Shown here piece after piece: positions 11,146-24,200 of a stretch of DNA of 64,000 bases. A program made the translations under genes and the position numbers. The stretch is taken from NCBI RefSeq assembly GCF_036365525.1, contig NC_090382.1, positions 109,774,372 to 109,838,371 on the forward strand, in the 5' to 3' direction. The notes below the pieces were generated by a model. The model was not told the DNA's origin, ran no database searches, and saw only the letters and a program-made list of their open reading frames with translations. This stretch comes from Heterodontus francisci. Its lineage: Eukaryota. The number at the start of each line of letters is the position of its first letter. Within the stretch, counting starts at the first letter, position 1.

Positions 11146-14100
11146 TATGATATCTCCTGGTTGTTTTTTTGGTTCTGGTTCCCGTAAGTTAGAAATAATC
11201 ACACTTTAAACTTGGAAAGGCTTGAGCTCTTTGTTTAATCATTCAGTCACCACGTTGTCTGATGTCGGACTGCCCCAGGGGCTGGTTTCCTGTTACACGT
11301 CACATCACTCTCTAGTGCAGCCTTGAATGTGGCCCCCACGGAATACTTACACATAACAGTTAGTTCCTAGCACTTTACAGATAGTATAACGATCTATAAC
11401 ATGCCTCTTTCTTTAAAAACATAATGCCCTTATATCAATATAACTGTCCCAGTCATTAACTTTTCTTTAAACTAAAGATTACCAACTGACGTTTGGAAAT
11501 AATCTGAACCTCTTTTTAGAGTCTTTTATAGCATGTATTCTTTTCTAAAAATATTATTCACGGTATCGCTTAGGTGGTAAGATGTTGTGCCTTCATCTTG
11601 TAGATTTGGCATTTGTTGCTGTCAGTGGTGAGTTGGCACACTGCACAGGCGATGTTGTGCCACTTGCTGGTGGTGATGTTGCTGTTGTCTCGCTGGATAG
11701 TGATGTTTCCGGTGTTGTTGATGGTCTTTTCTGTAGTTCCAGCTCAGGTGTAGGTTGAATATGGATTCTGTTCCTTCTCATTTGGTTACCGGTTTCCGTC
11801 TCAATGATATATGACCTTGGAGTCTCAGCTTCACCAACAACTATTGCTGGGCTCCAACATGATTGGATCCTGTACGTGTACAGTTTGTCCTTTCAACAAC
11901 TCGGGTAGGGATTTAGCATCCTTGTTGAAGTGTTGCTCTCTTCTTAGCTGTGCTTCAGTGAGTTGTTGTCTCACTTCCTCCTGGTCGCTTGGCAGAGTTG
12001 TCTTCCACTTTCTTCCATTCAACAGCTCTGCAGGTGATTTCATGTCAGCCTTGAGAGGTGTGGATCGGAGTGACAATAAGGCCAGATTTGGGTCTTCCTT
12101 TGTCTCTTGGCATTTCACAAGTGTTCTTTTGAACATCTGGACATGTCCTTCTGAAAATCTGTGTCCCCGTGGGTACTGTGATGATGAGGTGATGTTGTTG
12201 AACCCATACTGGTCAGCGAATTCCTTAAATTCTGTGGATGTAAATTGGGTGCCATTGTCACATATTAACCTTTCAGGAATCCCTTGCTCAGCGAACGGAA
12301 CTTGTACTGCTGAGATTATTGTTGTGGCTCTCAAGTCTTTCACCTTTGGGATAAAAGGGAACTTTTGAGTCGTAGTCTGCGATTGAGGTATCATTCTTGA
12401 TTATATGTGAATAAATCGACTCCTACAGTATGCCATGGTCTGGGTTGTATTTCAGTAGCTATCATCTCTTTTTGCTGTGTGTTTCTGTACTTCTGGCATA
12501 CATTGCATGTAGACACCATATTTTCAATATCTTTGTATATGCCTATCCAGTACACAGCTGATTTGGCTCTGAGCTTACACCTCTCCATTCCCATGTGGCC
12601 TTTGTGTATCTTTTGGAGAAGTTCTTCCTGCATTGTTTTGGGTCTGATTATTCTGGATCCAGTCAGCAGAACACCATCTTGCAGTGAGATGTCATCTCTG
12701 ATAGACCAGTACTGCCGTATTGCTGGCTGTGTTTGCTGTATCTTATCGGACCATCCTTGGACCACTTGCTGAGACAGCACCTGTAACTCCTCATTGCTGG
12801 TCTCATCTCTAATTTGACTAAGTTTCGGTGGTGTTACGTTCACTAGGTGATGAATCTTTATGTCTAGATCTTCAATCTCGTGTTTCTCCTGTGGCGACAA
12901 CCAAGATAGGGTGTCTGCCAGCACCATTTCTCTTCCTGGCTTGTATTTCAGAGTGAAATCGTAACTGTGAGGTCTTGAGTAACCTCTGCAGTCTTGCTGG
13001 TGCTTTACATAGATTTTTCTTGTAGATCTGCTCCAGTGGACGATGATCACTCTCCACTGTAAGTTTTCTCCCATAGAGATATGTGTGGAACTTCTCACAT
13101 CCATACACGACTGCCAAAAGCCCTCTCTCTACATTTGCATATCTTGTCTCAGCTGATGTCAGGGCTTTGAACACTATTGGCTATTGGCTTTCCCTCTTGT
13201 ACCAGGGCTGCTCCCAGTCCTTTTGTGGAAGCATCTACTTGCAGAGTGACAGGTTTCTTTCTGCTGGAGTATGACAGACTTGTCTCCTTGCATACTACCT
13301 TTTTGAGTTTGTTGAAACTCCTGTCGTGTGACTTTGGTACTCTACATCTACTTTCATCAGCTCCTGCAGGTTTGCTGTGAATTCCAACATGTGCGGAATG
13401 AAGGAGCTCATGATTTGGAAATCAAGCTAAGGAAACTTCTCAACTCTGTCTTATCTCTTGGGGCTTCTATCCACGAGATGGCTGAGATTCTTTCAGGACT
13501 CTGCTTGATTCCATCAGGTGTGTACACCATTCCGAAGAATTGGCATTCTGTCACTTTCACAATGCATGTGGCTGCGTTTAGCTTAATCCCAGCTTTCCTG
13601 GTTCTCTCCATAGCTTCATGTAGATGTTGTCATGATCTTTTCTATCTGCACCATATATCTGGATATCATCAGCTATGCTGTCTGCTCCTTTGCATCCCCT
13701 GTATGTCTCGTCTAATTTCTGTTCGAACACATCCTGGCTCACTTTGAGGCCAAAAGTTAAACACAGGAATTTGTACCGTCCAAAGGATGTGTTGAATGTT
13801 GTCAACAGTGAAGATTCTGCGTCTAGCTTCACATTCCAGTAGCCATTTCTGGCATCAAGCTTGCTGAAAACTTTTGCCCCTGTCAGTGCTGGTGTGATGT
13901 CTTCCAGTGTTGGAATAGGGTAGCAATCCCTCTTTATTGCTTGGTTAAGATCTTTGCGATCTAGACAAATTTTTTTTTTTGCTTTCTCACCACAAGAGAA
14001 TTTACCCAATCTGTAGGCTCTGTGACTCTGGCGATCACCTTCTTTTCTTCCATTTCTTGGAGCTCTCTTTTAAGCTTTCCTTTTAGTTCTATTGGTACTT

Positions 14101-15920
14101 AGGGGATGAATCACTGGTTTCATCGCTGTGTCAATAGTATCAAAAGCATCCAATCGTCTCATCAAAACACTCTGGGTACATTTGTACCAGATCTTCTTTG
14201 CTTCGTATCGGAGGGTGCTTTTCAATGGGTGTACTGTCTTCAACCCTCAGTGTCACCTCCTTCACCTCATGGTTTACTGAGATAATCTGCAGCTCTTCAC
14301 AACTGCTCAACCCCAGGATAGCTGGACCATCTGTTTCAGTGACATAGAACATACAGTTAACATCTTTTCTTTGTGTGTCCCTCTGATTTGGGTTGCTCCG
14401 AGCTGTCAAATCTCAGTTTCCCCGTATGCTGTTAGCATGACGTTGTTCGGTTTCAGAGCACCTTTCCTTGGATAACCATTTTCTTCCAAATTTTCAGGAA
14501 AGATCTGCTGGTATAGTCTGAGCGGGATGATGTTACTCTGCTCCAGTGTCAATCTTCACCTTCAGATTTATCGTGTGGGCTTATTTCTCAGCCTCTTCCT
14601 GATCTGAATGGTTGTGTGAATTTCTTTTCTCTGTGAACTGTCGCATCCAAACATTTCATGCAGTTATATGGTTCCTATGTCTATCGTCTTCTCAAACCCA
14701 TTGTCATTTCCAGGGTATGGATATTTTGGTTTCTTTCACTATTCCTTCGCCTTGTTACTCTGGCTCTGGTGACTCGTCTATCACCTTCTTGCCTTGTTCT
14801 GCACATTTTTTCTGCAAGCTCTGCAGATTGATCCATATGCAGGACATTTCCTTCTGTCTGTGAATTCATGTGGTCGTCCATAGCTCCTGCACATCCTCTC
14901 CTCTCTTTGGTGTACATTCTTTTGTTGTTGTTTTACTGTATCAACCCTGCTGTCTTGCTCTTGGCTTAACTGAAGGCTAGCTGTTTGGGCAGTGAGTGTC
15001 TTCATCTGTCTGCTCGTGGCTTCATGTGCTGTGGCAGTGTCTACAGCCTGCGATATTGCGAGCTTGTCCTGTCCAATTAGAGCTTTCTGTACCTCAGGAC
15101 GTGCAGAACCCCAAATGAGCTGATCTATCAGCTGTTCATCTGTGTCCTTAAATTTACATTTTCTGGCTGCATTTTTCAATCTTGCTACAAAATTGTCAAT
15201 AGGCTCACTTAGTTCCTGTCTGAGGCCTTGAAATTCATATCAGTATATCTGATGATGTGATTTTGGCTGGAGATGTGTGCTGAATCTTTCAAAAATGTTG
15301 TCTGGGTTTCTGCTGTCCTCTTCACTTAGCTCCCAGCTGTTGAATAAATTTAATCCTTTATCTCCTGTCACTGAAGGATATAGCTGACCCTCTCTTCTTT
15401 GCCAGTGCCTTTTAGGAAAGTACTGAATGCCAATCTGCACTTTTGTTTAAACTTCTCAGTTGCCTCTACGACATCATCAGCTTCCCAATTCATTATGGGC
15501 TGCAGCATTCATTCAGTCCCGGCTGACATTTTGCTTTTTCGTTTTCTCACGATTCACTCAGTTTTTCTTTCTCTATAGATCTAATTTGGGTCAATTTTTT
15601 TCCAATGTAATTCAGCGTTCAATCTGTTTAAAGTGTTTTGGGTTTACTCACAGACACTCGCTGCCACCATATTATGTCTCCTGGTGGTTTTCGGGTTCCC
15701 ATTAGTTAGAAATAATCACACTTTAAACTTGGTAAAGCTTGAGCTCTTTGTTTAATCATTCAGCCACCAGCCTCTCTGGTTTAGGACTGCCCTAGGCTGG
15801 TTTCCTGTTGCATGTCACCTGACTCTCTAGTGCAGCCGTGAATGTGCCCCCCTCCCCCGGAACACATAAACATAACAATTAGTTCCTAGCACTTTACAGA
15901 CAGTGTAACAATATATAACA
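11146..15920 (-). mobile_element. Full-length but decayed Ty3/Gypsy LTR retrotransposon
   Basis: LTRs at 11146-11401 and 15670-15920, both ending ATAACA on +. Flanks TACTC/TACTT. Minus-strand PBS TGGTGGCAGCG (tRNA-Leu) at 15659-15669 and PPT AAAGAAAGAGGCA before the 3' LTR. Frameshifted gag, RT (FSKLDARNGYW, IADDI), RNase H (YANVERGLLAVVYG), and integrase (H-H-C-C, DNGTQF). Confidence 0.92.
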
Positions 15921-16884
15921 TACTTTATTCAATCCTTTTATCTTTTTACATGCCTCACTAGAACCTTACCAAGGGGGCTATAATGCAAAGGGGAGGAAAT
16001 TGTTCCTCAGTTGCATAGAGCCATGGGCAGACCCTGACTTGGAGTACTGTCTTCAGTTTTGGGATATATCTGGAAGGATATATTCACCTTAGAGGGAGTG
16101 CAGCACAGATTTACCAGAAAGGAACCAGGGCTTAGAGGGTTAAATTATGAGGACAGGTGTGTAAGTTAAAGGTGTAACATTTGCAAGTTTGCAATCCAAA
16201 GGCACAATTCCTGAGTGTGGTTTAGAAATTATGACTAATGCAGCTGAAATTTCCCAACCTAATTGTTGTAATATCCTGGGAAGGAATGCCATCCAGTCCT
16301 GGAGACTTGTCTGTCTTAAGTCCCATTATTTTCTCCAGTACCAGTTTCTTACTTACATTAAATCCAATAAATTCTTCCCCTTCACACTTTTAGATTCCCT
16401 TGTAAAGCTGATATTTTGTCCTCCTAACTGTGAAAATGAATACACTGTGTTTGCTTAATCTACCATTTTCTTATCTTCAATTATAGCATTGTCTACATTG
16501 CTAATAGGCCCACATTCCCCCTTACCACTTTCTTTCTGATAAAAGATTCATAGCTTTGATATCCCTTTCAAGCTTTTTCTTCATGTTTTTTTTGAAACTC
16601 ATTATTTTTGTTGTTGCTCTTTACAGTTCTCCGAGTCTGCTGGATTTCCACTGTTTCCTGCATTTGTGTAAAAGCCTTTAGACCAAGTTGCAGTTAAAAG
16701 CTTAAGGCTCCTTTATAGTGTTGCTGCTGTAACCAGGGAGCAAATCATTTTCCTGTAAAATCTGTATGATCCATTTGTGAATTTGGGTGGACACTGGTTT
16801 TAACCTAATACGCTTAATACACTTGGGATAGAATACACAAAGTGTCTTTCTACATGCTATTAATGGTTTTTATTTCCATTATAG

Positions 16885-16952
16885 GTCATTCCATGGGTTT
16901 TGATGGATTTAATCTCCCAAAGGTTTCGATTCTGGAGAACTCATCTGAATAA
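16885..16952 (+). CDS. dnd1: Probable dnd1 terminal coding exon (GHSMGFDGFNLPKVSILENSSE*)
   Basis: Acceptor tttttatttccattatag. Phase is compatible with the phase-1 donor at 6432. The stop TAA is followed by ~1.7 kb of TE-free, U-rich, 3'UTR-like sequence. Confidence 0.65.
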
Positions 16953-18705
16953 TAGGTTTTACTGTGAACTACACCTGTACTTGTTGTTTTTGAATTTTTA
17001 AAAAAGTTTTTATATCTAAGCAAGGGTTTATGTATCACTGTTTAAAAATATTTAAAGTTTGTGTTTAATAAGTTTACCTACTCATTGTGAGTTCTACTGG
17101 GATACTTGTTTTGGTCAATTTTTTTTCATTGCTCTATCAGCACCAGCTCCTGAGCTGTTCCCATGTGTTTAAGGTTTAAAATATAAAATGAAAAGTGAGG
17201 GAAAAATTTGCCTGCAGTGTGCCAATAAGAATCTTTGATAATTTAACAATGATTTAGGACACAAGAAACAGGCTTTTAATGCAGAATTTTCAAAGGACTT
17301 TTCGTTGACGTCTCCTGAAATGTCTAAATTCTTGTTTCTAATTCTTGTTGACAGAGCTGGTCATTTACAAAACCTGACTGTTCTGCTAACAATGGAGCAC
17401 CTGAAGTATTTATAACTGCCTTGAGTGCTTTTTGCTCCCCATGTGCAGAGAATGCTGAATTATAATTTCAAGTTTTTTGCATGAAAAATGTAGAATTATT
17501 ATCTAGTATTTCAAAACGAGTGAACGAATTGAGTAGTGGACTGTATCGTTGTGCTTTATTTCCAGTTTTAAAATTAGTTATTGTTTTGCAAAAAAATGTA
17601 AAAACTTAGAGGGATTGCTGTTCACTTGTGTTTAGGGATTTTGCTGCATTTTGTGTTTTCTCTCTCAGTGTAACATTGTAAATATTGCATAGTGGCCCAA
17701 CGACTTTTTAAAAACCTTTTTTCTTGTGCTTTTTGTATGTGCGCTGCCCAATGGGACCTAGACTAGGCCTTGCGTGTGAGAATCTAAATGGAACAAAAAT
17801 GGATTCAGATTTTACTCCCAAGGTATGGATGTAATGTTCCATGTCTGGCTGAAGAGCTCAATAAATGGGTCACAGCTTCCCAACTACAAGATTACTGGGA
17901 CGTTCCAGAGTTGCCGAATTTTTGGTCTGTGACCATCCCAAAGATTTTCATTAGATCTTCTTTACAGTGCACTGTGTAGGATTCAATAGTTATGTTCCAT
18001 GGTGTGCATGTCAGAATTAATATGTCTACCAGCTGCCACCTTGCCAATTAATAGCTTTGATGTGATGGACTTAACATGGGGAGAGGGGTAATGTCTGTTT
18101 ATTTGTTGAACACTGCAGCCTGGAATAACTGCATCAAGGCGATAAAAGTAAAAGGTAAAAAAAAACAATTATGGCAAAGCTTCAACAAGTTTACTCCCCA
18201 GTTCTCATCAGTTCTACCTCCATTTAATACCTGCCTCTTATTCACATGTACAATTCGGTGCAACCAAGAGGGCACGAACCAAGGTTTTCCGTCTGTGTCT
18301 GGAGTGATTCATTTACTGTTTAGCCATTTATTGCCTCATAATTCTCTTCAAATCCAACTGCACCGTACCTACACCAACACCTCTTGTCGGGGAATAAATG
18401 TTCTGAAGGATGATTGATCATTATTTGACCCACTCCCATTGAGTTGTACATTAGAAATGCATTGAATCTTGTCCCAGCAAGATGCCACTCTGGCTACTGC
18501 CCACGCTGGTCTTATGAAAGTGAGACTTTTAAAATGTTTTATTCATAAACCGATGTTTGGTTAGTATTTTTGTTTCATGTAACTTGAAATGTTGTGAAAA
18601 ATAGTTTTGTTTTAAAGTTGGCTGTGGTTTTCATTCATGTTTTGATTTTTTTTGCAAAAATGTTATCCTTTAAGTTTATTAAAGTTTATTAAGTTTATTA
18701 AAACA
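16953..18705 (+). promoter_or_regulatory. Putative dnd1 3'UTR with Pumilio-type element and poly(A) signals
   Basis: U-rich and repeat-free. ATTGTAAATA at 17675-17684, AATAAA near 17860 and 18392, and tandem ATTAAA signals at ~18678-18702. Confidence 0.55.
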
Positions 18706-18929
18706 GAGTTTCAAAAACGGTGTCTCTTGGGTTATAGTAGTGTTTCCGTATGACCCTCTTGCATTATTCAGTTGTATTAGACTGGTGGCAGTAATTCATG
18801 CTTGAAATTCAAAAGGAAACCTTGAAAATGCTGGGTAGGCGATCAATCAGCATGGAGTCTAAAGATCATAACACAGCTTTTCTCTTTACAGCTGCTGACC
18901 GTCCTGCTGTGTATTTCTTGAACTTTTTT

Positions 18930-19228
18930 TTTTATTCATTCATGGGATGTGGGCGTCGCTGGCCAGGCCAGCATTTATTGCCCATCCCTAATTGCCCTTG
19001 AGAAGGTGGTGGTGAGCCGCCTTCCTGAACCGCCGCAGTCCATGTGGTGTCGGTACACCCACAGCGCTGTTAGGAAGGGAGTTCCAGGATTTTGACCCAG
19101 CGACAGTGAAGGAACGGCGATATAGTTCCAAGTCAGGATGGTGTTTGACTTGGAGGGGAACTTGCAGGTGGTGGTGTTCCCATGTATTTGCTGCCCTTGT
19201 CCTTCTAGTTGGTAGAGATCGCGGGTTT
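18930..19228 (-). mobile_element. Family A LINE 3' fragment
   Basis: Reverse complement of bases 330-630. Confidence 0.85.
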
Positions 19229-21245
19229 ATTACAATAATTCATTAGAAAATGCATTTAACCCTAACACCTTAAAAACAGAAGAGTCTTAAATGACAAAAA
19301 CTAAAGGGGGAATGTGACTAGAAAAGGGAAGTTAAGAAACGCGAAGTGGGAGAACAAGTTTTTTTAAAAATTCATAAAACATCCAAAGGAACAGCAAAGC
19401 ATATTTACAAATACATTAGTAAAAATGATTTCTTAAAAGCAATGGGAGGAGATGATTGTCAATTTGTAGAATCACTGAATCTTGTAGACAGAAGGCTGTT
19501 TTGAATGAGATATTAAAACAAAGCTGTATCTGCCCTCTTCAATGGATATAAAAAGAGCACGTAACACTATTTTGAAGAGCAGCAGGGGAGTTGTCCCCAG
19601 TATCCTGATTAATCAACATGGCTAAAAACTGTTATTTGGTCATTAATACGTTGCTGTTTGTGGGAGTTTGCTGTGCACAAAATGGCTTCTGTCACAGATG
19701 CATCTACCCATGACAGTATTGGTAGGAGTGGCCATCCCACAATCTAGTGGAAATAAATTTCATCTTCACACTGGGGACACGCTCCATCGTATTGCCATGC
19801 ACTATCACTGTGCTAAATGGAATAGATTCAGAACAGATGTGGCAGCTCAAAACTGGGTGCCGAGAGGCGCCGTGGTCCATCAGCAGCAGCAGAATTGTTC
19901 TCCATCACAATCTGTAACCTCATGGCCTGGCATATCCTTTATCATTTACCATCAAGCCAGGGCATCAACCTTGGTTCGATGAGGAATGTAGAAGAGCATG
20001 CCAGGAACTGCACCAGGCCTATCTAGAAATGAAATAAAAACAGAAAATGCTGGAAATACTCAGCAGGTCTGGCAGCATCTGTGGCAAGAGAAACAGAGTT
20101 AACGTTTCAGGTCGATGACCTTTCATCAGGATTTGAACTCTTGTCCGCCTGGGCTTCTGGATTACTAGTTCATGACATTATAACTCCGCCATTGTCTCCC
20201 AAAACGAACTGATTCCACAGCCAATGGATCGGATCAAAGCTCAGCAGTCCTGCCGCATCCAGTTATGAATAGTGGTGGTAGGGGAAGATTCCAAAAACAT
20301 CTCCATTCCCAATGATGGGGGAGCCCAGAACATCAGTGCAAAAGACAAGGTTAAAGCATTTGCAACCATCTTCAGCCAGAAGTGTTGAGTTGGTGATCCA
20401 TCTCCGCCTCCTCCTGAAGTCCCTACCATCATAGAAGCCAGTCTTCAGACATTTTGGTTCACTCCACGTGCTCTCAAGAAATGGCTGAAGGTGCAGGATA
20501 CTGGGCCCTGATGACATTCCAATTGTATTACTAAAGCTTTGAGCTCCAGAACTAGCTGCACCCCTAGCCAAGCTGTTCCAGTACAGCTACAAAACTGGCA
20601 TGTGCATGGCAATGTGGGAAATTGCCCAGGTATGTCCTTTCCACAAAAAGCAGGACAAATACAGTCTGGCCACTTACTGCCCCATCAATCTATTCTTGAT
20701 CATCAGCAAAGTGACGGAAGCTGTCATCGACAGTGGTATAAAGTGGCACTTACTCAGCAACAACCTGCTCACCGATGCTCTGGGTTCTGCCAGGGCCACT
20801 CAGCTCCAGACTTCATTACAGGTTTGATACAAACCTGGGTGAAAGAACTGAATTCCAGAGATGAGGTGAGAGTGACTGCCCTTGACATCAAGGCAGTATT
20901 TGATCGAGTATGGCATCAAGGAGCCCTAGCAAAACTGGAGTCAATGGGAATTGGGGTGGTGGGGGGAGGGGGATGGGGGGGGGGGGGGGTGGTGCAAGGG
21001 CTCTCCACTGGTTGGAGTCATACTGAGCACAAAGGAATATGGTTGTAGTTGTTGGAGGCCAATCACCTCAGCCTCAGGACATCGCAGGAGGAATTCCTCA
21101 GGATAATGTCCTGGACCCAACCATCTTCAGCTGCTTCATCTGTTACCTTCCCTCCATCATAAGGTCAGAAGTGGGGATGTTCACTGACGATTGCACAATG
21201 TTCAGTACCATTCGCGAGTCCTCAGATACTGAAGTTGTCTGTGCC

Positions 21246-24200
21246 TGTAGGATGTGGGAGGTAAGGGTCACCACTTGTGTCCTTGCTGACTTCACCTGTG
21301 AGAAGTGCACCCAACTCCAGCTCCTCACAGACCGCGTTAGGGAACTGGAGCTGGAGCTGGATGAACTTCGGATCATTCAGGATGCAGAGGGGGTGATAGC
21401 GAGTAGTTATAGGGAAGTAGTGACACCTAAGTTACAGGATAAAGGTAGCTGGGTGACCGTCAGGGGAGGGAAAGGGAATAGGCGCACAGTGCAGGGATCC
21501 CCTGTGGCCGTTCCCCTCAATAATACGTATACCGTTTTGGATACGGTTGGGGGGGTGACCTACCAGAGGAAAGCCACAGTGGCTTTGGCACTCTGGCACT
21601 GAGCCTGGCTCAGTGGCTCAGAAGGGAAGGGGGGAGAATAGGAGAGCGATAGTGATAGGAGATTCAATGGTTAGAGGAACAGACAGGAGATTCTGTGGTC
21701 GCGAACGAGACTCCCGGATGGTATGTTGCCTCCCGGGTGCCAGGGTCAGGGATGTCTCAGATCGAGTCTGTAGGATTCTTAAGGGGGAGGGGGAGCAGCC
21801 AGAGGTTGTGGTACACATCGGTACCAATGACATAGCTAGGAAAAGGGATGAGGACCTGAAAAACGAATATAGGGAGTTAGGTTGGAAGCTGAAAGGCAGG
21901 ACGAGCAGAGTAGTAATCTCAGGATTGTTACCGGTGCCATGTGCTAGTGAGGCTAGAAACAGGGAGCGAGTGCAGCTGAACACGTGGCTACAGAACTGGT
22001 GTAGGAGGGAGGGATTCAGATATGTGGATCATTGGGATACCTTCTGGGGAAGGTGGGACCTGTACAAGAAGGACGGGTTGCATCTGAACTGGACGGGCAC
22101 CAATATCCCGGGCGGGAGGTTTGCTAGAGCTCTTCGGGAGGGTTTAAACTAGTTTGGCAGGGGGATGGGAACCGGAGCCACGGATCAGTGGATGGGGTAG
22201 CTGTTGAACAGGCAGATACAGAGTGCAGAGAGTCTGTGAGGAAGGTTAGACAGTTGACAGGGCAAGGTTGCAGCCAGTATGATGGGTTGAAGTGTGTCTA
22301 TTTTAACGCAAGAAGTGTCAGGAATAAGGGTGATGAACTTAGAGCATGGATCAGAACTTGGAACTACGATGTTGTGGCCATTACGGAAACATGGATATCT
22401 CAGGGGCAGGAATGGATGTTGGATGTTCCGGATTTTAGATGTTTCAAAAGGAATAGGGAGGGAGGTAAAAGAGGTGGGGGAGTGGCACTGTTAATCAAGG
22501 ATAGTATCACAGCTGCAGAAAGGGAGGTCGTCGAGGAGGGTTTGTCTACTGAGTCATTATGGGTGGAAGTCAGAAACAGAAAAGGAGCAGTCACTTTGTT
22601 GGGAGTTTTCTATAGACCCCCCAATAGCAACAGAGACACAGAGGAACAGATTGGGAGGCAGATTTTGGAAAGGTGCAGAAGTAACAGAGTTGTTGTCATG
22701 GGTGACTTCAACTTCCCTAATATTGATTGGAATCTCCTTAGTGCAAATAGTTTGGATGGAGCAGTTTTTGTCAGGTGTGTCCAGGAGGGTTTCCTGACTC
22801 AATATGTAGATAGGCCGACTAGAGGGGAGACTATGTTGGACTTGGTGCTTGGCAACGAACCAGGCCAGGTGGCAGATCTCTCGGTGGGAGAGCATTTCGG
22901 TGATAGTGATCACAACTCCCTGACCTTTACTATAGTCATGGAGAGGGACAACAGCAGACGGGATGGGAAAATATTTAATTGGGGGAGGGGGAATTACAAT
23001 GCTATTAGGCAGGAACTGGGGAGCATAAATTGGGAACAGATGTTCTCAGGGAAATGCACGACAGAAATGTGGAGGTTGTTTAGGGAGCACTTGCTGCGAC
23101 TGCTGGATAGGTTTGTCCCGATGAGGCAGGGAAGGGATGGTCGGGTGAAGGAACCTTGGATGACAAGAGATGTGGAACAGCTAGTCAAGAGGAAGAAGGA
23201 AGCTTACTTAAGGTTGAGGAAGCAAGGATCAGACAGGGCTCTAGAGGGTTACAAGGTAGCCAGGAAGGAACTGAAGAATGGACTTAGGAGAGCTAGAAGG
23301 GGACATGAAAAAGTCTTGGCGGGTAGGATTAAGGAAAATCCCAAGGCGTTCTACACTTATGTGAGGAACAAGAGGATGGCCAGAGTGAGGGTAGGGCCGA
23401 TCAGGGATAGTGGAGGGGACTTGTGCCTGGAGTCGAAGGAGGTAGGGGAGGTCCTAAATGAATACTTTGCTTCAGTATTCACTAGTGAGAGGGACCTGGT
23501 CGTTTGTGAGGACAGCGTGGAACAGGCTGATATGCTCGAACAGGTTGAGGTTAAGACGGAGGATGTGCTGGAAATTTTGAATGATATGAGGACAGATAAG
23601 TCCCCGGGGCCAGACGGGATATACCCAAGGATATTACAGGAAGCGAGGGAAGAGATTGCTGCGCCTTTGGCAATGATCTTTGCGTCTTCACTGTCCACTG
23701 GAGTAGTACCGGATGATTGGAGGGTGGCAAATGTTGTTCTCTTGTTCAAGAAAGGGAATAGGGATAACCCTGGGAATTATAGACCAGTCAGTCTTACGTC
23801 GGTAGTGGGCAAATTATTGGAGAGGATTCTGAGAGACAGGATTTATGATTATTTGGAAAGGCATGGTTTGATTAGAGACAGTCAGCATGGCTTTGTGAGG
23901 GGCAGGTCATGCCTCACAAGCCTTATTGAATTCTTTGAAGATGTGACAAAACACATTGATGAAGGAAGAGCAGTGGATGTGGTGTATATGGATTTTAGCA
24001 AGGCGTTTGATAAGGTTCCCCATGGTAGGCTCATTCAGAAAGTAAGGAGGCATGGGATTCAGGGAAAGCTGGCTGTCTGGATACAAAATTGGCTGGCCCA
24101 TAGAAGTCAGAGGGTGGTAGTAGATGGAAAGTATTTAGCATGGAGCTCGGTGACCAGTGGTGTTCCACAAGGATCTGTTCTGGGACCTCTGCTCTTTGTG

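Noticed and set aside
21039-21602. 187-aa ORF fusing RT motifs to a zinc finger/leucine zipper
   Set aside because: It is a chance in-frame junction where the CR1 inserted into a family A LINE.
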